A stretch of DNA of 64,000 nucleotides. Origin: Octopus bimaculoides. Its lineage: Eukaryota. Position numbers and translations under genes: made by a program. Below are positions 28,021 through 40,947 of the stretch, piece by piece; within the stretch, counting starts at the first letter, position 1, and each line of letters begins with the position of its first letter. The notes beneath the pieces were generated by a model, which saw nothing but the letters and a program-made list of their open reading frames with translations, searched no databases and had not been told where the DNA came from. The stretch covers positions 30,430,227 through 30,494,226 of the forward strand of contig NC_068990.1 in assembly GCF_001194135.2 (NCBI RefSeq), given 5' to 3'.

Positions 28021-29009
28021 ACTGTTGGATAATGTAGTTTTAGTAAGATTGTCTGAAAGAAAGAAAAGAAAACAAGAGGGTTGGTCCTGGCTGGAATGTT
28101 TTTGATTGTTCAAGCAGACCTGATCTGAGGGGTAAAAACATCAATTCAATTGTGGTGGGTTTTGTAGTCTATTACTTTGTCCTGAATTTATTTTCCTGAT
28201 TGGCTGCTCTATCATAATTTATTATCAATCCAGACATAGAATAGTCTGCTGATGATAAACTTGATGTGAAAGGACTTTTTTCAATCTGTAGGAAGGCTTG
28301 TAAAATATTTATTATTAACATTGTATAATACTGAAGGTTATAGGTTTATTCAGAAAATCCAAATAACATTTAACAGAGGGGAAATTAAGATTAATCTTTT
28401 AGCATTCAAATTAATTTATCAAATGTAATGCATATTTATTTGCATTTTTTAATATTGATCATGTATTAATCTTGTAGTTTTGAGATTTTGAAGTCATGAT
28501 TGTTTATTTTTAGAATGACATCATAGGGTAGGTGTAATAGGCTGGATATGGCCTGTTTAAATATTGAAGGGTTAAAGGATTATTTTTCAGTCTGGTGAAG
28601 AGCAGTGGCCATTGCAGTCACTGATCTCCTCCCCATGATCAAGTAAAAAATTTGCTGGTCCTTACAGATGGGTGAAGACCATTACAGTGAATGTTCAGCT
28701 TGAGTATTCTACAGGTTCATTTTCTTTAGGAGAGAGAGGATCTTGTGGAGGGCTGTTGTAGTTTTAAGGAGAAAAGTGTGGGGAAAGTCTTTAGTGTGGC
28801 TTTTTTTTGTGTGGTTACAATGACAAGAGGAGACTAGGGGCAGATGGGTGATTCGGGAAGTTCTGACAAGCAACTCTTGTCACAAGAGTTACTAATAAAT
28901 GTGAGCTGTACTCTGGTATAGAATGTGTTTGTCCTTTATATCTAATGTAAAACTCATGCAGCACTTCAATTGGTTTCTATATTTTTTCCCAAATATTTTT
29001 CTGTTTCAG

Positions 29010-29208
29010 ACGGGAACAATTATTAAACAGAGAAAAAAGTGCAAGCTTAGATTCTGGTTTATCTAGGAGTCCCATCAGAAGGATGAGAAGGTCCAACACA
29101 GTGGGGTCCCCTAGGGGTTTGAAGTACAACACCAAATTAAACATGGGAGAACCCAGAGATGATGTCCATGTGTGTATTATGTGTCTTCGGGCGATCATGA
29201 ATCATCAG
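29010..29208 (+). CDS. FMNL: FMNL exon: variable basic loop plus KLNMGEPRDDVHVCIMCLRAIMNHQ
   Basis: tttcAG / CAG|GTAACC; 199 bp = 1+66 codons; DDVHVCIMCLRAIMN is diagnostic of FMNL. Confidence 0.96.
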
Positions 29209-30117
29209 GTAACCATCTTTGGAATTTTTGCTGTTTTCAGAAGTAGTTTAGAAGAGGAAATATCACTGGTTTTATGTTGGAAGGAGAGAATTTGTGAAGG
29301 AAATGGTTTATTTTGAAGAGAGAAAAGTTCTATTGGATATCGCAGTGATCTGTTGCTGGTGACTTTGATAAATCTGTTTATTAAACATACTACAGTATCC
29401 AGTGGAACTTTTCTCACTTCAAAGTAACAGATGTAACACTCACCGTTACATGTGTGAGTCATTTATTGGTTTGGGTTCGAAAAGGTTTAAATTTATCAGC
29501 ATTGATGTATTTAGTCGAATAAGTTCACATCTAACAAAAATATCTTGTGTGGGCTTTTAGGATCACGGTAGATAACTCTGCTTGGCAAGTAAAAAGAAGT
29601 TCTCCTCAGCATAAAGATTTGAAGAGTTCATTGAATTGATTTGTGATGAGTGAAGAAGTCCAACATTTGGAACACTTAGCTTCCTTTGGGGACAGAGAAT
29701 ATTGAGGTCTTGTTATCTAGGTTGTAAAGTTTGATCCACAATTTTACAAACTCGGCATCAAGAACTCTTAATCTCTCCCTCCCTGTCGGGGAAAAAAAAG
29801 TTTGAAACATTATTCCAGATTTACACACCAGATCAACTTGAACTCTTTTACAAACTCTTTACAGATTAATTGTTGCTTATACAGACCAATACCATTTCTC
29901 ATTAAATGTAGTGATCAAATGTATGTGCTGTGCATTAGCTGCTCCTGACATCGCTTGCACAGGTGCATAACTGTACGCTGTGTCATATGTTGAAATGATT
30001 GCAGAGTAATGTGAAAATGAAGTGTATTGCCCAAGAACACAATGTGCTGCCCAACTTTGAGTGCAACATACTAACCACTATATACATATGCATGCAGGTA
30101 TATATTGGTACTCGTGT

Positions 30118-30497
30118 GTGTAGGTGTGGCTGTGTGGTAAGAAGCTTGCTTCCCAACCACATGGTTCTGGGTTCAGTCCCACTGCGTGGCACCTTGGGCA
30201 AGTGTCTTCTACTATAGCCTCGGGCTAACCAAAACCTTATGAGTGGATTTGGTAAATGGAAACTGGAAGAAGCCAGTCGTATATATATGTATATATTTGT
30301 GTGTGTTTGTCACCCTGCCATTGTTTAACTGATGCTAGTGTGTTTACATCCCCGTAACTTAGCGGTTCAGCGAAAAAGACCGATCGAATAAGTACTAGGC
30401 TTACAAAGAATAAGTTGTGGGGTCGATTTCTTCGACGAACACCCTTCAAGAAGGTGCTCCAGCATGGCCACAATTAAATACCTGAAACAGGTATAAG
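30118..30497 (+). mobile_element. tRNA-derived SINE family A, near full length
   Basis: Head GTGGCTGTGTGGTAAGAAG..GGTTCAGTCCC, body, central (TA/TG)n and tail GGTGCTCCAGCATGGCC; homologous to other copies in the window. Confidence 0.85.
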
Positions 30498-30748
30498 AAT
30501 AATATAAATATAATTTAATGTACACTGTATTAAAATTTGAGCCTGTAATAGTTTGTTACCATGGAGACCTGGCTAGGCAGGTGTTGCCTCGACGGCAAGA
30601 AACTATAAGTAACTCTTATTTTAAATTAGTGTATATTAATTGAGTCCTTTTTGTGTTGATCTTACCTTAATGGAACAGTAAACTGTGTGTGTGTGTCTAC
30701 AAATCTTCATTTACAAGTGTTTCAATTAAATTTTGTTTTCTTTTTCAG

Positions 30749-30825
30749 TATGGTTTCAACTTAGTAATTGCTCATAAACATGCCATCAACTGCATAGCAC
30801 TTAGTCTTAATCATAGAAGTTTACG
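30749..30825 (+). CDS. FMNL: FMNL exon: [25 protein letters not shown](R)
   Basis: ttttcAG / CG|GTGAGT; conserved FH3 sequence. Confidence 0.96.
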
Positions 30826-31396
30826 GTGAGTGAATTTACGTAATGGTTTGTTTCACCTTCTTTTTTTTAATCATTCATTTGTCTTCTGCAAGACTAAATA
30901 ATAATAATAGTAATAATAATAATAGTAATAGTAATAATAGTACTAGTAATCTTATACAAAAGTAAAGAACTTTTCTCTCTATCTATTATACTTCTGCTGA
31001 GTTACTTCAGTCCTTTATATAAACTAATAGTAATAATAATAGTGATAATAATAATAAATCTTGATAAATGTAAAGCAATATTTGGATTGAATTAACCATT
31101 CAACTGTGAAGTGAGGTAACTTTACATTTTGACAATTAACATCAGAAAGAGGAACTTTGGCTTTGAAAATCACAAAGAAATTTCAAAGATACTTTTGAGA
31201 CCACCATATATCTTAGGAAAATTGCAGATTTTAAAACTATTGTAAATTTTAAAACTGTTGGGGGAAAAAAAAGGGGGGGGGGGAATTTTATGGGTTTTTG
31301 TGTTGCTTGTTTAGTTTAATTATATATTCTTTTAAAATTAATATTTTAGTAAAAGAATATAAAAATCAATTGTTTTTTTTCTCTCTCTATTTACAG

Positions 31397-31490
31397 AACC
31401 AAAGCTTTAGTATTAGAATTACTTGCTGCTGTATGTCTAGTCAGTGGAGGGCATGAAATAATTCTTTCAGCATTTGACAATTTTAAAGAG
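31397..31490 (+). CDS. FMNL: FMNL exon: [31 protein letters not shown]
   Basis: ttacAG / GAG|GTAAGA; near-identical to the FMNL FH3 consensus. Confidence 0.97.
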
Positions 31491-32321
31491 GTAAGAATGA
31501 GATTTAAAAAAGTATTTTTATTCTCATTTTGGCAGGCTTTTAATTTGTCATATTTTTTATTTATTTGATTATTAATTTGAGAAGTGATGTGGGTAGTACT
31601 ATGACTTTTGTAAGACTAATGAGAAAAGTTCTAGAATGGTTCCTTAACCAATTATCTAATCTTGGTCTCTCAGTTAGTCAAATAATGTTTTAATGTACCA
31701 AGAATTGACATTGAGATTGACAGTGAGATTGTCAGTCCAGAAATAGGGTTATCATGTCAGTCAGTTGTGTTGACTACACTTCTATAAATAGTCTTCACTG
31801 TGGCTACTGGAACCATATTTTTCTGGAAACTGCAAAACTCCAGGAGGATTTAAAAGAAATACACAAGAAAGTAAACTTCCAAGTAGAGAATTGAAACTAT
31901 TTTCTTGAAACCAATTTCAATTGCTTAAATCTTTCCTTATTAATTGGAGTTATGTGGTATTTTTTGCATACCCTATTATTAGTGCTGGGCTGTTGACCAC
32001 AGGGTCATGAGTTCAAATCTTGGTACATATTACTCTTTGTATCCCAGTTTACCTCATAATATTCCTAAATCATTGTTGGATCTTCCAATAATTTTATATA
32101 TCCACTCTGCAGACTTATCCCTCCAAAGTCTGTATGTTAAAACTGAGGTGGTTGCATGTCTAAGTGTATTATGAAGACTTCTGGAAGTTAAGGAAGAAAA
32201 AAATGGTAACAGACTAAGTATATGTAACTGAAGTTTTAATAAATTTAATTCCTATTTCTAAAAGCTGTGTTCCTGACTTTGGTATGTCACTTGTTTTGAC
32301 TGAAGAATTTTGTTGTTTTAG

Positions 32322-32399
32322 GTTTGTAATGAACGGCATCGTTTTGATACGTTGATGGAGTACTTTAGAAATTATGAAGAATTTCATATAGACTTCATG
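32322..32399 (+). CDS. FMNL: FMNL exon: [26 protein letters not shown]
   Basis: ttttAG / ATG|GTAAGT; 26 codons, phase 0-0. Confidence 0.96.
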
Positions 32400-32461
32400 G
32401 TAAGTAGTTTTCTTATTTTCTTTTGCTCTCTCTCTGCTTTTATCTGTGTACCTATCTGTCT

Positions 32462-32775
32462 GTGAAGATGGTTAGGAAATTTGGCTCAGGATCGTAAAGT
32501 TGTGAGTTCGTTTCCCGGTGGTGTGTTGTGTCCTTGAGCAAGACACTTTATTTCATGTTGCTCCAGTCCACTCAGCTGGCAAATATTGAGTCATACTTGT
32601 TATTAAAATGTACCAGCTTTGTCACATTCAGCGTCATGGTGAATCTCCCTGAGAACTACGTTGAGGGCACATGTGTCTGTGGAGTACTCAGCCACTTGCA
32701 CATTAATTTTACAAGTAGGCTGTTCCATTGATTGGATCAACCGGAACCCTTGTCTTTGTAACCGACTGAGTGCCA
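32462..32775 (+). mobile_element. SINE family B copy
   Basis: Homologous to 3822-4140. Confidence 0.8.
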
Positions 32776-33749
32776 GTTTATCTATTTGCCAGCCAGCTAT
32801 TGGAAGACTTATTAGAGCAGTGGATTGTATGTCTGGTGGTGTTCATTCCAGTTCACCGTACTCTGAGATCAACTTTAACATTCATCTTTTGGGAGGGTCA
32901 ATAAAGAAAAAACCAGTCAGGTACTAGATCCAGTTCTTCTCTCTCTCCCAAATGTAAAGGTACATCTTTTCATATTGTCACATGCTGATTTGACCTTAGA
33001 ATTGTGTTACTGGAGTACTCAGCTGTTTTGTGTTATTGTCATGAGTTGAGTAAGAACCAAGATAGGTGTACATTTGAATATTCTTTGCTGTTGAGACTAA
33101 GAAAATCCAGCATAGTTATCTTCCCCCAAACTTTTACCCTTTGGAAATATCTGAATATAACCACATCAACCACTGAACTTGCAGAAGGACATGAATACAG
33201 CCTCCTTCTCTTAGGACTAAAATGTGGAAAATAGCAAATATAAATAAATAGGGGTAGCTATGTATGACATCTGTTTCTGTCCCTTTAAGCATACTATGAC
33301 CTTTCATCAACTGGCATAGAGCCACTTCCCTCTCATACTATACCCCATCTCAGTTGAGGGGATCTTGTTTTGCAAGTTGTTGATCTCACTGGTGCTGGTA
33401 CCATGTATAAATATCCCGTACACTCTGGAAAGTGGTTGGTGTTAGGCAGGGCGTCCAGCCATAGAAACCATGCCAAAATAGACATTGGCATTTGGTGCAG
33501 TCTTCTGGCTTGTCAGCTCCTGTTGAACTGTCCATGGAAACTGTTGAACTAACAACCTTAATATTCTGAGAAATATTAGCTTATAATTAAATTATCAAAT
33601 ATTTGCTAAAATGTATTTATTTCTATTGGATATAGAATATCCTGTATGACATTCTGATTTAGATTTTTACTCTGTAATTTAGATTTTCACTCTAATTTAA
33701 ATTTTTACATTTGATTTTAATATCTAAACTTTTGATTTTTCTCTTTTAG

Positions 33750-33860
33750 GTTGCTTGTATGCAGTTTGTGAATATAGTCGTACATTCTGTCGACAACATG
33801 AACTTCAGGGTCCATTTACAGCATGAGTTCACTCAAATAGGAATGGATGACTATTTAGAG
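33750..33860 (+). CDS. FMNL: FMNL exon: [37 protein letters not shown]
   Basis: ttttAG / GAG|GTAACA; 37 codons; FH3 consensus [24 protein letters not shown]. Confidence 0.97.
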
Positions 33861-34139
33861 GTAACACCATTTATCTTATTCTTTTACAATTGTTTACTGT
33901 GTAGTTGTCGCAGCATGGTGCTTACTGTGGTGGATGGTATTTGTTGAAGATGTTTATGGTTAGCCAGACTGGGTCATTGACACTCTGTCTACTGCTATTG
34001 CCTGGGTACAAATAGTTAACCTTTTAGCTATTAGGTTAACATTTTATCTACTCAACCAACTGTGACATTCAGTTCCTCAAAGTTAATTGATTAGAATATA
34101 ATGAAACTTTTTTCCTTTTTCATCTTGCTGGGTAAATGG

Positions 34140-34420
34140 TGACTCCATTGGTGCTGATGCCACATGAAAAGCACCAGTGCTGGTGCTATGTAAAAAGCAT
34201 TGATGCTGGTGCCATGTAAAAATTACTGGTGATGATGCCACATTAAAAGCACCCAGTACACTCTGCAAAATGGTTGGCATTAGGAAGGGCATCCAGCTGT
34301 AGAAACCATGCCAAAAACAGACAGTGGAGCTTAGTGTGGCTCCTGGCATTGCCAGCTCCTGTCAAACTGTCCAACCCATGCCAGCATGGAAAATGGATAA
34401 TGATGATGATGATGATAATC
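34140..34420 (+). mobile_element. RTE-tail repeat (family D)
   Basis: GGAAGGGCATCCAGCTGTAGAAACC..CCAACCCATGCCAGCATGGAAAA..(GAT)n, same as the 3' tail of the RTE at 36654-37386; further copies at about 9325-9490 (-), 14255-14500 (-), 18030-18225 (-), 21325-21500 (-), 33385-33545 (+), 47730-47935 (+) and 53435-53735 (-). Confidence 0.8.
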
Positions 34421-34739
34421 AGTGTTTCTTAACACCAAGTACAAGAGAGGTAACAAAGGTTTTGCCCTTTCTATTGCAACTCTACAGAATGTGCTAGATG
34501 CATTTTCCAATGGCCCCAACATGAGAGAGGTTGAATAAAGGGACCTCTCAACCCTATGCATTCTGTGCTCATTTGCTGACCACTTTACATGGGTGCAGCA
34601 TGTATTTTGTGGTATCAGTACTAGAATCCTATTACAGACACAACATATGGTTACTTTATACAGTAGAAATGTCTAAACCCTGTCCAATATTTCCCCAAGT
34701 TCATGTGCTAAGTACAAGTGGAATTTTGTTTATTTGCAG

Positions 34740-34889
34740 AGATTAAAAAACACAGAAAGTGATCGGTTGGCTGTGCAGGTTCACGCCTACTTGGACAATA
34801 TGATTGATGTAGCTCAACTGCTGGAGGATTCAGAAACGAAAACAGATGCTTTGGAGAAAGTAGCTGAACTTGAAGAAGAGTTGTCTCAT
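34740..34889 (+). CDS. FMNL: FMNL exon: [50 protein letters not shown]
   Basis: tttgcAG / CAT|GTAAGT; 50 codons; end of FH3 and start of coiled coil. Confidence 0.97.
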
Positions 34890-35239
34890 GTAAGTAACCG
34901 TTTCTTTGTTGATTCAATTTTTAGCTGATTATTATTCTACCATTTCTAATATGACAAGTATGGGTCATAAAAATTAATTTTGTGTGATAAATGACTCCCC
35001 ACTTTCCTTATTGTATTTCCACTGAAATACAATAACTTCTTTTCAATTTTTGAAAATAATGAAGAATTTAGCAAAATAACTTTGTCATTATTACGCTGTT
35101 GTATAGCACATAGGTTAGCATAAAATTCTGTTGGAAGGTTTTAATTCAGATCATTTTAAAACGGGAAGTTTGTACCATTGAACTAGAGATAGTCTCAGAC
35201 AGGTTGGTGTTGAAAGGGTCAAGAGAAACAAAAGTGTAC

Positions 35240-36000
35240 TCTGCACCGTTATGACCACTCTTCCTGGCTATCAACCATTTTCAGTAGCTGTTTTTGTTGT
35301 CTTCGTTTTGGTCAGTCCAGATCCTTTCACATCATCCAACTATGATGCTGTTTTCTTCTATTTGATATACTTTCACTTGGACTGTCTACATGATAAAACT
35401 TCAACTGTACCTTCTGTTATGTCCTTATGGGAACCAACTAATGGAACCTATAACCAAAGTAGTTTAGTTTTCTGGTTATAATCTATGACTGCAGAACAAA
35501 ATCCTGAATAGTCATTGTTCTGCTTTCACTAATTGGTGCTTTGGGTTAATTGGTCAGTTATTGTTGCTCTCTGTGGAAGTTGGAGTATTCCTTGCTGTCT
35601 TCTAAAACAGCTATTGTGCTGTTGCATCTCTTAACTACGATGGCACCTGTTCTGGTTTGTGACTGTCTCAGTTTTAAACTGAGGTGTAAATTCTTGCTTC
35701 TCCAGTTCCTCATCAAAGTATTGTGTTTCTGCTCATTGTGACTTAAACTCCTGTTCCTGGACTATCTAAAAGTTGATTCCTTGATTGGAACAATGTACTA
35801 ATCTCCTATCAGATGGAATCTATCAAAAAGGCTGTGAAAGATCTGAAAAGATCTTTGAGAAGGTGTGTAGAAATAGAACAAAGAAAGAATTCTAAGAATA
35901 TATTCCAATTAGTAAGGAGTGTAGTAGTGGAATGGTCACCTGTAGAAGACCTTGACATCAAAGACATTGATCTGAGAGAATCCGATTCCATCAAGTGCAA
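35240..36000 (-). mobile_element. Decayed LINE (endonuclease end plus linker)
   Basis: Minus-strand TGDHS..NW resembles the APE SDH motif, followed by purine-rich linker-like sequence. Confidence 0.3.
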
Positions 36001-36137
36001 ATAAACTCAAAACTGTGTAAAACTTTATTGTCTAAAATAAGAATTATAGGTATTAAACTTTATTGTAAAGTTTCTGAATTATAAGAAGATAAACTGTGCT
36101 ATAACAAAAGAATTATTTTTTAATATCTTTTTTTTAG

Positions 36138-36186
36138 ATGCATGAAAGATTACAAGAAGTTGAAGAAGAGGCCATGGCCAAAACAG
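36138..36186 (+). CDS. FMNL: FMNL exon (coiled coil): MHERLQEVEEEAMAKT(V)
   Basis: tttttAG / G|GTGAGA; phase 0-1; aligns to the FMNL LQDTENEAMSK segment. Confidence 0.92.
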
Positions 36187-36653
36187 GTGAGAGATGGCAT
36201 TTTACATAATTATATTTTCAGATCATAAAACACAAAAATTAAAATAAATATATATATTTTTTTAGTTTTTTGTTTCATTAAAAAATTTGCCCCAAAACAG
36301 TTTCATTTGTCACATTCTGTTTTATCAAGTCAGTGTTAATTAGATTCTACTCATTAATCTGTCTTCTGTATTCAATCTGTTTATAAATCCAGTATTTTTT
36401 GTATGATCTTATACCTGTTACTGTCTCCATATGTAGCTGATCATTCCAATATTCCAATGTTTACTGTATGTATATATAGTTACACAGTGGGTCTATACAT
36501 TCTATATATTTATATAGTCATTGTGTACATTCTATATAGTTTTATAGTTAGCTTGATCACTCTATATAGTTATATAGTAAGCATGTACAATCTATATATA
36601 TTTACAATCAGTGTGTACATTCTGTTACATTATATACATTCTCTGTAGTCAAT

Positions 36654-37386
36654 TTTTCTTATCCATGGGCTGTGACTGCTGAGGACATGTGTAGGCTTGA
36701 AAGAAATGAAGCTAGTATGCTCCACTGGATATGTAATGTCAGTGTGCGTACACAGGAGTGTAAGTACCCTGAGAGAAAAAAGTTGGACATAAGGAGCATC
36801 AGATGTAGTGTGCAAGAGAGATGACTGCACTGGTATGGTCATGTGTTGCGTATGGTTGAGGACAGCTGTGTAAAGAAGTGTTACATCCTAGCAGTAAAGG
36901 GAACCTGTGGAATAGGTAAACCCAGGAAGACCTGGGATGAGTTGGTGAAGCACAACCTTCGAACGTTGGGCCTCACAGAGGCAATGACAAATGACCAAAA
37001 CCTTTGGAAATATGCTGTACTTGAGAAGACCTGGCTAACCAGGGAAGAAGGTAGCCATGGCTGATGCCAGTTTCGCATAACCGGCCTGTTTAAAAGTACC
37101 CTTCAGTCATTGGGCAATGTGATATGCTTGAGAAGACCTGTTGAGTCAAGTGAAATCATTGTTGTGACTGATGTCAGTGTTGCCTGACTGGCACCTGTGC
37201 TGGTGGCACGTAAAAAGCACCCACTACACTCTCAGAGTGGTTGGCATTAGGAAGGGCATCCAACTGTAGAAACATTTCCAGATCAGATTGGAGCCTGGTG
37301 CAGCCTTCTGGTTTGCCAGTCCTCAGTCAGATTGTCCAACCCATGGTAGCATGGAAAGCAGACATTAAACGATGATGATACAATCA
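36654..37386 (+). mobile_element. 5'-truncated RTE-clade LINE with intact 3' tail
   Basis: Encodes ..RLERNEASMLHWICNV..WYGHVLRM..GKPRKTWDELVKHNLRTLGL..W (RTE RT C-terminus); tail ends TAAACGATGATGAT; 10-bp TSD TGTAGTCAAT at 36644-36653 and 37387-37396. Confidence 0.88.
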
Positions 37387-37536
37387 TGTAGTCAATGTTG
37401 ACAACTAGTCTATATATATACAGTAATACAATCAGTGTTTATCCATCTCTCTCTCTCACACATAGTCATGAATTGATATCTAGTGAGTGGTGTTTACATG
37501 TTACTCAAAACTATTTTCCATCAATTTTTTTTCCAG

Positions 37537-37589
37537 TTGAGTTGGAGAAGCAGTTATCTGAAGCAAATGAAGACTTGCAAGAAATCAGG
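37537..37589 (+). CDS. FMNL: FMNL exon (coiled coil): ELEKQLSEANEDLQEIR
   Basis: ttccAG / AGG|GTGAGT; phase 1-0; completes VELEKQL. Confidence 0.92.
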
Positions 37590-38279
37590 GTGAGTTTTCC
37601 CAAATGTTAAACGTTACAACTACCCACTCCCCACCACCAGCCTCTCATTTCATTCTTTAAGAAGTGTGGATCTATTCGAGTGAGATTTCTATCTATCTAA
37701 CAGGCATCCACTCTATTATTTCTGCCAATTTCATAGAGCTTTGGGCCACTGCAATGGTGCCTCATGATTGCAAAGTAGACTTTTTAACCAGTCGACCATG
37801 TCTATATTTGCATCTGTTTATACACACATCAATATCATTATTCTTTTATTAACCTTAGAAGCAAGTGAAGACAGATGGAGAAATTGTAGCTCAATTGGAT
37901 GTCTGAAATTTGGTTTGGATCTCCTGAGCCTGGTCCACATTTCATTTTAAAGTTGACAGTCAAAAAAAAAAAAAAAAAAAGGAGGGGCTGGATTGTGTAC
38001 AAGTGCCACATTTCATCACTCCCTGTTGTAGGTGTTGTATAATAATGATGATTGGCAAATATTTCCATGTTGTACCAAATAATATATCATAATAGCAATT
38101 ATTATGTATTTCTGAGTCATTTTTCTTCTCATATCAAATTGACAGAGTAGGGTTGACTTTATTCTCTGGGCAATGATAAATGTTCATAAATTTTATGCTT
38201 TGTGAATCTACTCAGTCAAAAGGGAACTAATTCTGTCTCTTCTGTGTGTGTGTCTATCTCTCTTTCATCTATCTATCTC

Positions 38280-38331
<52 letters not shown>

Positions 38332-38550
38332 TGTGTGTGTATAGTTGAAGAGTGGAATATATGATATTACATTTAATTCTTTAGCTCTGTGCATTTTAAC
38401 ACTACAAGGAATATACATTTCATGAATATGATTGTTATGAATATAAATGAATTTGTAATATTACAACATATTAATGTTAACTGTGTGCATATCCTCAGTC
38501 AAAGGTTTGACTGAGGAACCAGCTTGGATTTATTAATCCTGTCTTATCTG

Positions 38551-38584
<34 letters not shown>

Positions 38585-38794
38585 ATATACTTGGATGTAC
38601 AAACAGAAGAATGTGTTGATTTTTATAGAAGCCTTCATTCATTAATTTAAAGCTTCATTCCTCACCAATCTGAGTTTCCTACTGTTTGAAGAACACTCAA
38701 ACAATAGAAAGCTTGAACTAGGAATGGAGTGTAAACACAGACCCCCCCCCCCTCGGTTCAGTATGTATAGTACATAATGCTTTCTCTATTTCAG

Positions 38795-38933
38795 GAACTT
38801 GCTCGAATCCAAGAACATGAAATGAATACCTTACGAAAAGTAGTGAATGAAAAAGATGAGGAATCAAGGAAACGGCAAAGTCTTTTGGATGCTAAACTTC
38901 AAGAACTAGAACTGATTAAACAAAATCTCGAAG
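38795..38933 (+). CDS. FMNL: FMNL exon (coiled coil): ELARIQEHEMNTLRKVVNEKDEESRKRQSLLDAKLQELELIKQNLE
   Basis: tttcAG / G|GTTTGT; phase 0-1; aligns to the FMNL HTLRKMVKEKEE-RQSTLEKKIHELE segment. Confidence 0.92.
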
Positions 38934-40947
38934 GTTTGTTTCCAAAGAGCAGTTTTTGTGTGATTCTATTTATTATTGGTTTTATTCCACAGACATGCAC
39001 TACAATTATACAATAATGATAGAAAAATAGACCTTCTTTCTTGCCATAACTTTATTTTTCTCAGATATATCAATATAAGATGTAAATTGATAAATATTAA
39101 ACTTAAACAAAAACATTTGTTTAGCTTTCTTTCCATTTAATGTCCCCCTTCCCCCACCGCAAAAAAAAAAAGTTTGTCATGTAGGCTTGACATAAAACTC
39201 TTTAGGTTCCACCAATTATTGCAAGTTGACACCTAATGCTCAGAATTGATCCCTTCTTATTAGTCTTGGTTTAACCCTTCAGCATTTAAACCAACTAAAA
39301 ATGTACATCATCAGAATCTGAAAGCTATCAGATAATGCATGACTAATTCCAAACAATGTCAATAAGGAAACATTACAATTGACTGAGGAATCTGAATGCT
39401 AAAGCATTAGGCTGAAAGTAGCTACAATTCTTCTTTGGTACCACACAATGTAAATCCAATAAATTGGTTGGTTATTTCATCTCTGCTGTTTTTCAAATTA
39501 GACTGTATTTTGATTAAGGGAGATTTGTGAAAGAATTCTGTTTGGTCATTTTGCAAAAAACTCTCTAGAATGCTTACTTTCCACACAATGACTAATTGTG
39601 TGGAATGTTATCAATCTCTGAACAGCTGCCATCACATTGGTTCAATACCAATATTGTGACAGAACTGCTTGTTCTGTGGTTGTGGAAAATGGAAAGACCA
39701 TTTAAATAGTGCTGTCTCCTACCACAATCTAATAAAGTAGGAAAGATGGTGTACTTTATATAACAGGCCTTTCTTTTAAATGTTCCAAAGAGGATAGTTC
39801 TATTTTAAATTATTAAGTTTTAATTAAATATGATTTTTAGTCTTTATCTCACAAATATTTTTTAACGCAATAACTACCGCTGTATTATTGTCATTCCATT
39901 ATAAATGGTTTTCTGAAGTGTATTCAACTACAGCCTTAGGATGACCAATTCCTTTTCAGTGGAGTTGGTAGATGGAAACTGAGTTTGAATGAATGTTGTG
40001 TTCTGCTTATCCCCCATTAAAACCATTTGAGTAAACTGTCTTTGTTTACATTCTGCAGTAAACAAAACCTCCTGCAGTTTTTGTTGATTTGTCTCTTCTT
40101 TCAATGTGTGGTGATCCATGGGGAGAAAATACCTTACTTGGAAACAGGTAAGAGTTGGCAACAGGGAATGCAACTGACTCAGTGTAACTCCTGCCAGAAT
40201 GGTAAAACAGGCATAAAATTGATGATGATCATCACTTTTAGTTTTAGATAAGACTTAATGCCTGCTACGGGCAATATTTTTTGAGCTTTCAGTATCTTCT
40301 TTTTGATTCCCTGCAACTTGATTTTATGGTTGAATGGCTGGTACTAAAACTTTCTCTCAACCTTCTTATCCATCCATCCATGTGCATATGTTAAACATGT
40401 ATATATATNNNNNNNNNNNNNNNNNNNNNNNNNNNNNNNNNNNNNNNNNNNNNNNNNNNNNNNNNNNNNNNNNNNNNNNNNNNNNNNNNNNNNNNNNNNN
40501 NNNNNNNNNNNNNNNNNNNNNNNNNNNNATATATATATATATATATATATATAAATACCCACCTTCCTTTATATGTGTATATAACTCTTGGAAGCATTGA
40601 TAAATTAATGTTAAAATGCTAATGAAATTTGTTGTAATATTTTATAGAAACTATACAAAGTGAAGAGAATGTTTGTAGCCATTTCTGCTAATATTTAAAT
40701 GTTCTTTTATTCATTTCTTACCCAGATTGTCATCTCATTATTATTATTTCTGCAATGGCTGGTGATTAAAGGGACCAGACAACTGTTTGCTGTTTCTAGT
40801 GCAGACATTGTATTGTGTCCTTAGGCAAGATCTTTAACACCTGTTGCTTTGATGCCCCTCATTCTCCTCTCATCTTGTAAGAACTGTTAACTGAAGGTTA
40901 TTGTCATAAATCTCTGATCTCTTCTTGTCTGCTGCCTTATGTTGCAG

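Noticed and set aside
30118-30190. tRNA genes at SINE heads
   Set aside because: They have A/B-box-like motifs but no complete cloverleaf and run straight into SINE bodies; no true tRNA gene called.
25835-32775. Inverted SINE pairs flanking exons as circRNA drivers
   Set aside because: With this SINE density inverted pairs arise by chance; nothing in the sequence singles these out.
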